From assembly GCA_001600695.1 (NCBI GenBank), contig BCKQ01000011.1, forward strand, positions 513,413-577,412: a DNA stretch of 64,000 nucleotides. The letters run 5' to 3'. This document shows, in pieces, positions 57,826 to 64,000 of this stretch (positions are counted from its first letter, which is position 1; the number at the start of each line of letters is the position of its first letter). The position numbers and the translations under genes are program-made. A model generated the notes under the pieces. That model was not told the origin of the DNA. It saw only the letters and a program-made list of their open reading frames with translations, and did not search any database. Source of the stretch: Ascoidea asiatica JCM 7603. Lineage: Eukaryota > Fungi > Ascomycota.

Positions 57826-60107
57826 ATGATTCAATTGGAATCTTTACCATCTTGTGCATTAATATAAATATTTAATCAGCTTCCTTTAGATAAAGTCATA
57901 TTATTCTCATTATCAGAAAAATCAAACGAAGCTAGTTTTTCCTGTGCAAGATTATACAGAAATATAAAAATTTTGACAAATGTTGCTGAATATCATCAGC
58001 CTATGAGATCAAAAACTTCTGATACCAAGGAGTTTTTGAATTTATCATATGAAATAGATACAGTCAATTGCTCAAATAACTAGGTCACATTAAATAAAAT
58101 ATTGTCAGTTTCAAATTCAAAATTCATTGAAAATTTGGTCATTATTGTTGTTTATGATTCTTTTCTTTTTCAGAATGATTTGATATTTTATAAAAATTTG
58201 AACAATCTAAGTTCTTTGAAAATAGTGAATACCTGTGAAGACTTCTATGTTCCTAGTTTTTCAGAATTGGGAAATGCAGATGAAGATGCTTATAATTATG
58301 AAGATCAAACCGAAGATAAATGTGAAGAGAATGATAATGCAAGAAAAATGTATTCTCGGCTTGTAATTGCAATGAATGATTTAGGAAATACTGATACTCA
58401 TTTTGCATTTCATTTAATGAAAGATTTTCTTTTTCCTAACCTTAATGGATCTATTTTATATAAATTGGATTTATCCTCTTGTTCATTTAATTGAGAGTCA
58501 TTAAATTATTTTAAGAAAGATAATTTCAATAAATTCAAGAATTTAATTAATTTAAATTTAAGTGGTAATAAATTGAGAAGAAATGATCTAGATTTTTTGA
58601 AATACTTTCCGAGATTGAAATTCTTAAATTTATCTAATAATTATGATACAGGAAATCGCGAATTTGAAGATTTGACTGAATTTTCAATCCTTTCAAATTT
58701 AAAGAACTTAGAATCTTTAAATTTGATGAGAACAAATTTAAAGTCAATTCCTAATGATATAAATATGCTTAAAAGTTTGAAATGTTTAAATTTATCATTT
58801 AATTCTATCGATGAAATAACTAAAGATCTCGAAGCTCCAAATTTAGTTCATTTAGGCCTTAGTAATAATACAATTAAGAAAATTTCATCTGAGTTTTTAA
58901 AATCTCTAAAAAATTTACTATTTTTAAAGTTGGAGAAGAATAGTTTGGTGGAGACTGCTTTCTTGAAAGAAGTAACCAATTTAACATATTTAAATTTAGC
59001 ATATAATAACATTTATGAATTAGGAAATTTAGAATTACTGAAAAAATTGAATGTTCTATATCTAAATAATAATAATCTTGAAAAAACTCCAAAATGCTTT
59101 GAAAATTTCAAAAATTTAACGAAGCTAAGACTACAGGCTAATAATATAAGGAATTTAAAATTTTTAAAACATTTGAAGCATTTGAAATATCTAAATATTA
59201 GTTCAAATAAGATTAAAGAAATTGAAATTTATGACTCTTTGGAATTATTGGAGCTTGATTTATCTTACAATGAAATCACAGAGTTTCCACAGGAAATTAA
59301 CCAAAGTTTAAGAAAATTGAATTTGAGTCATAATAAAATCAGAGACTTGAAAAGTTTTGATTTTGAAAACCTATATCATCTAGATGTTTCTTATAATCAA
59401 ATAAAAAAATTACTAGTTTACAAGGAGTCTATAACTTAAAATCTTTTAATCTTAGTTATAATAAATTAAAAGATATTTCAAAAAAGTTTTTACTATTGCA
59501 AAGTTTACTTGTTTTAAACTTGTCTGATAATTTCATTAAAAAAATGGAAAACTTAGAAAACTTTGAAAATTTGAAAGATTTAAATATTTCCAGTAATAAA
59601 CTAATTAAGATTGAGAATATCCAAGGTCTTGAAAACTTAGAAACTTTAAGCTTGGATTCAAATTTCATTACAAATCTAACAATTACTTTTTCCAGCAATA
59701 ACAAATTAAGAGTTGTAAATTTAAATAACAATTCAATTACCGAAATACATTTCGAAAATCTAAGAGCTTTAAATTCATTAAAAGAATTGAATTTATGTGG
59801 TAATAAGTTTAGTTTCATTGAAGAATTAGATCTTGATAACATGTTAAAGTATATACCAAATTTGGAGACTTTGAAAATAGACATAAAGAAATTCGAAAAT
59901 TATAGAAATGGAATATATGAAATTATTATGAAGGACCAAACTTATGAAGCAATTACTGATAAATCTATTTCATTCAACGGAAGATATGTTCTTCAATTGG
60001 ATGAAATACTCAATTATGAAGAAGAGGCTTCTTCTGATGATGAATTTGACCAATTTAATGATTTTGGTGAATCAGAGCTTAGCGACGCTGGATCTATAAA
60101 TTATTGA
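57826..60107 (+). pseudogene. F-box-like + leucine-rich-repeat pseudogene
   Basis: ATG 57826 MIQLESLPSCALI*IFNQLPL (F-box-like); in-frame stops TAA 57865, TAG 58081, TGA 58492; frameshift in the A-run 59403-59409; many LxxLxLxxN repeats. Confidence 0.8.
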
Positions 60108-60831
60108 AAATAAATATACAGAATACCTTTCACGTTATTGTGTTTATTAGCTATTCAAGGAAAATAATGATTTGTTAATTTATAAATTTAAGGGTTTCCC
60201 TTAGAATTTTTTAATGCAAATTCTAAAGTTTAGTGTTAAAAATAAAAAAATAGCCATGCTTATTTTTGTATCTTTTATTCACTGGAGCCTGTCTGTTGAA
60301 TTATTTAAGATACTTAATAAATACTTCACCAATGGCTATAAGTCTATAAACCCCAAAAGAGTAATTTACGAAAAGTTGAATAGGCTCGAAATACTCGAGT
60401 TTCTCCATGGTAGTAACTGTTTCTGGAAATAGAGACGACTGCCCTTCTTTCCTTTGGATATTCACATAGCTCTGCACTCTCGGTAACACAGCCAAAAAAC
60501 CACCGACCCAGGACTCCTGTCTCAACGCGGGCTTCGATTTCCTGAAAGTCAAGAATTCATCAGCCTAATTTATAAAGATGAAGGCCAGAACAGAAATGAA
60601 AGGGAGAATTAATCTCCCTAATCTTAGATATCGATAAATGGTTCAAAATACAGAATGGTATCACTGATAGAGATAGTGTGATAATGAAATATGAAATATA
60701 TATTCTCAATAAAATATAATTTCAAAGAATAAACTAAAAGGAAAAGAAGCTTTAATATTAGTATTAAAGGAAGAGTCTTTCCTTTTTTATTATTGAAAAT
60801 ATTGCTTCTTTTTAAACCTTTGGTCATTAAA

Positions 60832-60900
60832 TTCATTTAATTATACTTAAATAATTAACTAGTTCATTTAATTATACTTAAATAATTAACTAGTTCATTT
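60832..60900. repeat. Perfect 31-bp tandem duplication (2.2 copies)
   Basis: TTCATTTAATTATACTTAAATAATTAACTAG at 60832 and 60863. Confidence 0.9.
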
Positions 60901-60934
60901 ATAAATTCATTTATCCCAGCTTATACTATTCAAA

Positions 60935-61846
60935 ATGTCTTCCCAATCTAATACTATAACTAAAACTGGGCTTCCTACATCAGTTCCAGCATACTTGCCA
61001 ACTAAGGATAGTCCCTTATATGCCGATAGAGAATTTTACACCAAAATTGGTAATGCTGAAAAAAAATTAATTTTAAAAGAGACAGTTCCAATTAGATCAG
61101 GTAGGGCCTGGAAAGTACCAAAAGGTCATATTTGTAGAATTGTTGCTCCAGAAGGTCCTCAGGTTGGTGATTTAAATATTTTCAACTACAATAATCCAAG
61201 AGAAAGATTATGGGCTGCAAGAACAAGACAATTACATTCGGCTCATGTATCTAAATTTGATAGACTATGGTCAAACTTACCATATTTAAGACCTTTAGTT
61301 ACAATAACTGGTGATTCAATAGATTATGGTTTAGATAATCAAGGAGGTAGATGTCATGATTTATTAGGAACTAGATGTGATCCATATGTTAGAAATCTTT
61401 TATCTGGTATTGATTTTGACTTTCATTGCCATTCCAATTTAACCAGAGCCATTTTACCTTATGGTTTAACTGAATTTGATGTACATGATGTTTTAAATGT
61501 GTTTCAGCTAACAGGTTTGAATGATAAAGATCAATATTTTATGGAGCCTTGTCCCGCTAAAGCTGGCGATTATTTTGAATTTTTTGCAGAAACAGATTTA
61601 CTATGTGCTCTATCTGCTTGTCCAGGAGGCGATTTATCTAAATGGGGATGGGAAGAAGGAGATAATTCAGAAAGTACAACTGAAGATGCGAAAGAAGATC
61701 TCGACATGGTTGAATGTTGTAGACCCTTAGAGTACCAGGTATATGAAATTGTCGATAAACAATTATTAAAAACTTGGAAAGAGCCACAACCTTCAAAATA
61801 TAAAGGAAATCATGGCCTTAAGTATCCTGTTTTTGAAAAACCTTAA
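60935..61846 (+). CDS. DUF1989 (urea carboxylase-associated family) protein
   Basis: GPQVGDLN, HDLLGTRCD, HCHSNL, DVLNVF, GDYFEFFAETDLLCALSACP. Confidence 0.85.
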   Translation: MSSQSNTITKTGLPTSVPAYLPTKDSPLYADREFYTKIGNAEKKLILKETVPIRSGRAWKVPKGHICRIVAPEGPQVGDLNIFNYNNPRERLWAARTRQLHSAHVSKFDRLWSNLPYLRPLVTITGDSIDYGLDNQGGRCHDLLGTRCDPYVRNLLSGIDFDFHCHSNLTRAILPYGLTEFDVHDVLNVFQLTGLNDKDQYFMEPCPAKAGDYFEFFAETDLLCALSACPGGDLSKWGWEEGDNSESTTEDAKEDLDMVECCRPLEYQVYEIVDKQLLKTWKEPQPSKYKGNHGLKYPVFEKP

Positions 61847-62099
61847 ATTTATATAACCACTTCATTGAAAAATATAATAACAAAATGTTTATTTAAAGAA
61901 GCTTCAGTAGAAATGATATTTTTAAAAGGTACGTAGAAGACCAACTGGAAAATAAGGGTCTGTCAGTTAGGCTTCCAAGTAAATGACGTCCCAAATATTT
62001 AAAAAAGCACAGGAAAAATCTCACCTGTATTTTTTTAAATACGGGGACGAGAAGAAAAACAATAAGAAATATAAGTATATTTTGTCTTACTAACTATAA

Positions 62100-64000
62100 A
62101 AGTGGTAAGAAGATGACTAAGTTTCATCTTTGCAGATAGACAACTTAAATAGTTACCTAAAACATAAACCGAGCATGTTTTAGGTAATCAGGTGACTCGT
62201 TGGACAGATGTTACATGTTATAGATATCACATGGTTAGGCAAACTTTATTAGCCACACAAAGGCTTGTTTAGCCTAATTTAATTCACCTCCATAAACAGG
62301 AATTTTTGGTGGATGATGACAATTAAGGAGAGTGAGCTTTTAAAAAAAAAGTAGTTGTGCCTTACTCAATGAGCTTCACCTCCATATTCTAATAAGGAAT
62401 ACATCATGGAGTAAGGGTTGTTGAAACAAGAAATCATGAAAAGAATAAAACAATAGAAAATCTTTCTTTACCAGTAAATAACAACTGAGGAGAAAAAAGA
62501 CAAAAACAAGGAGAAGAATTAAAAGAAAAACAAGAAAGATTAAAATAAATATAAGAAAAAAAAAAACATAATTGAGATTAAATTGAAATGCACCTCCATA
62601 AACCGAGAACATTCAAAATGTTTTTAAAACTTATTAAAAGAAAAGCAAACCAAAAAAAGGTGATTAGCTAAAAAGGAGCAGGATTAAAGGTCCACATAAA
62701 ATAGTTTCAAAATAAATACATTAATTGACAGGAAAAAGAAATTATTATTGAATACATCTGAGAGTAATGAAACAAACTTAATCTATAACAGTATCTTATT
62801 TGAAATTTAAATTATTTATAAAGCATTGACATCATTTATTATAACAGTCTTATTTCAAAATTGCGTAGCAAGTTAAAAGGGCTAGTTAGGTTCAGAGAGA
62901 ATTTTAATAAACATGTATCTATGCTCAAAGGCATTAGTTAGTACAAATAGCTCTAATTAGGCTTATAAATATTGAATTTCAGTAATTCTAACTGGAGGTT
63001 TAGAAACTATCAATTCAGCTAAATGAGGGAAGGTTGCATGAGTAAGACATTTTGTAAAAATATCAGCAATATTATTTAAAGTGTTAACATATTTGACCCT
63101 TTGCTCTTATTTGTAGATTCTGTCAGAAATTAATAAAAATCTTTGTTTGATATGAGCTTTTACTTTATCTTTCCCAGTATCTGTTGTCCAATAAGTAAGA
63201 CCTTTAATATCAACAAAAATTGTAGTAGGAAAAATTTTGATATGTAATTTTTTAATAATAGGTAATTGCAAACGCGAGTTAAAATATGATTTTTTGTTAA
63301 AACTGTTATTTGGATCCTCTGAATATGTGAAAGAATCAAGTCTTCAGATGAACCACACAAGGTGTCTGGTGTTCTTAGAGCTATATGCAAGGGCATGCAG
63401 TTCTAAATCTGAGGAAGATTGAGGAGGAGCAGCTGCAAATTTAGAACCCCAGTTCCAAAGTATATTACCAAACATCGTAATAGTACCAATAACAGATTGA
63501 GCACCAGCAGCATAATGGGCATCAGAGAAGGTTATTAAGTTATTTTAATTAGATCCATGAAAGTAGAGGCCCAATGTGATTGAATTCCTTATATATTTTA
63601 GCATATGTAGAGCACATATGTAATGAGATTCATTATAATTCATCATATGTCTGGTTAGAATGTGAACATATTGTGTTATTTTAGGTCGACAAAATCTACA
63701 TAAGTGAATCAAAGTTCCAACTATTTGGCCATAAGGAAATCTTTTCATTTCTTTAAAATTTTTATTTTTTTCAGAAATGATTTTAAGAGTTTTAAATGAG
63801 TCATTATATGGTACATTGAGATTATCTTTGTTTGTATTGATTAGGAAAGTATCTATTAATTGATGAGAATATTTTTCTTGATTTAAGAATATATAACCCT
63901 TGTCTCTGTTGTAATCAATTTGTAGTCCAAGAAAATTTTTTATTTCACCTAATAATTTGATATCGAATAAAAGTTTCAAATCAGTTTTAGTAATTTCCAT
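62100..64000 (-). mobile_element. Degenerate Ty1/copia element: RT C-terminus, RNase H, 3' region/LTR (continues beyond window)
   Basis: LLGEIKNFLGLQI, YGQIVGTLIHL..CRP (RVT_2); after a stop, ITFSDAHYA..QSVIG, QSSSDLE, KYVNTLNNIADIFTKCL (copia RNase H); multiple stops. Left boundary uncertain. Confidence 0.88.

Noticed and set aside
57826-60107. Stop-codon reassignment or programmed readthrough/frameshift in the LRR gene
   Set aside because: All three stop types plus a frameshift occur in one gene while conserved genes terminate normally; pseudogenisation is simpler

Overview
Very AT-rich window from a budding yeast (Saccharomycotina inferred from almost intron-free genes, yeast-type tRNAs and orthologs such as HEM12, DOA1, SCD6, SFC1, VPS3, PBI2; species not identifiable). 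Degenerate Ty1/copia remnants lie at both ends in opposite orientation. Between them are about 22 protein genes, 4 tRNA genes (Thr-AGT x2, intron-containing Leu-CAA, Val-AAC with a T-loop variant), one intron-containing gene missed by the ORF track (PBI2), a frameshifted VIT-vWA gene and an F-box/LRR pseudogene. The strongest leads are: (1) a candidate catabolic cluster at ~16-40 kb (two CYP504-like P450s, amidohydrolase, peroxisomal D-amino acid oxidase, membrane-anchored M28 aminopeptidase, SDR, AKR, ADH, and an OAT-like aminotransferase lacking the ornithine-recognition residues), with shared promoter motifs; (2) a velvet-domain-like gene, unexpected in most budding yeasts; (3) a tandem pair of J-domain proteins with an unassigned C-terminal region; (4) a strongly foldable unidentified GC-rich element at ~3.6-3.8 kb. 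All family calls come from motif recognition by eye, not database searches.
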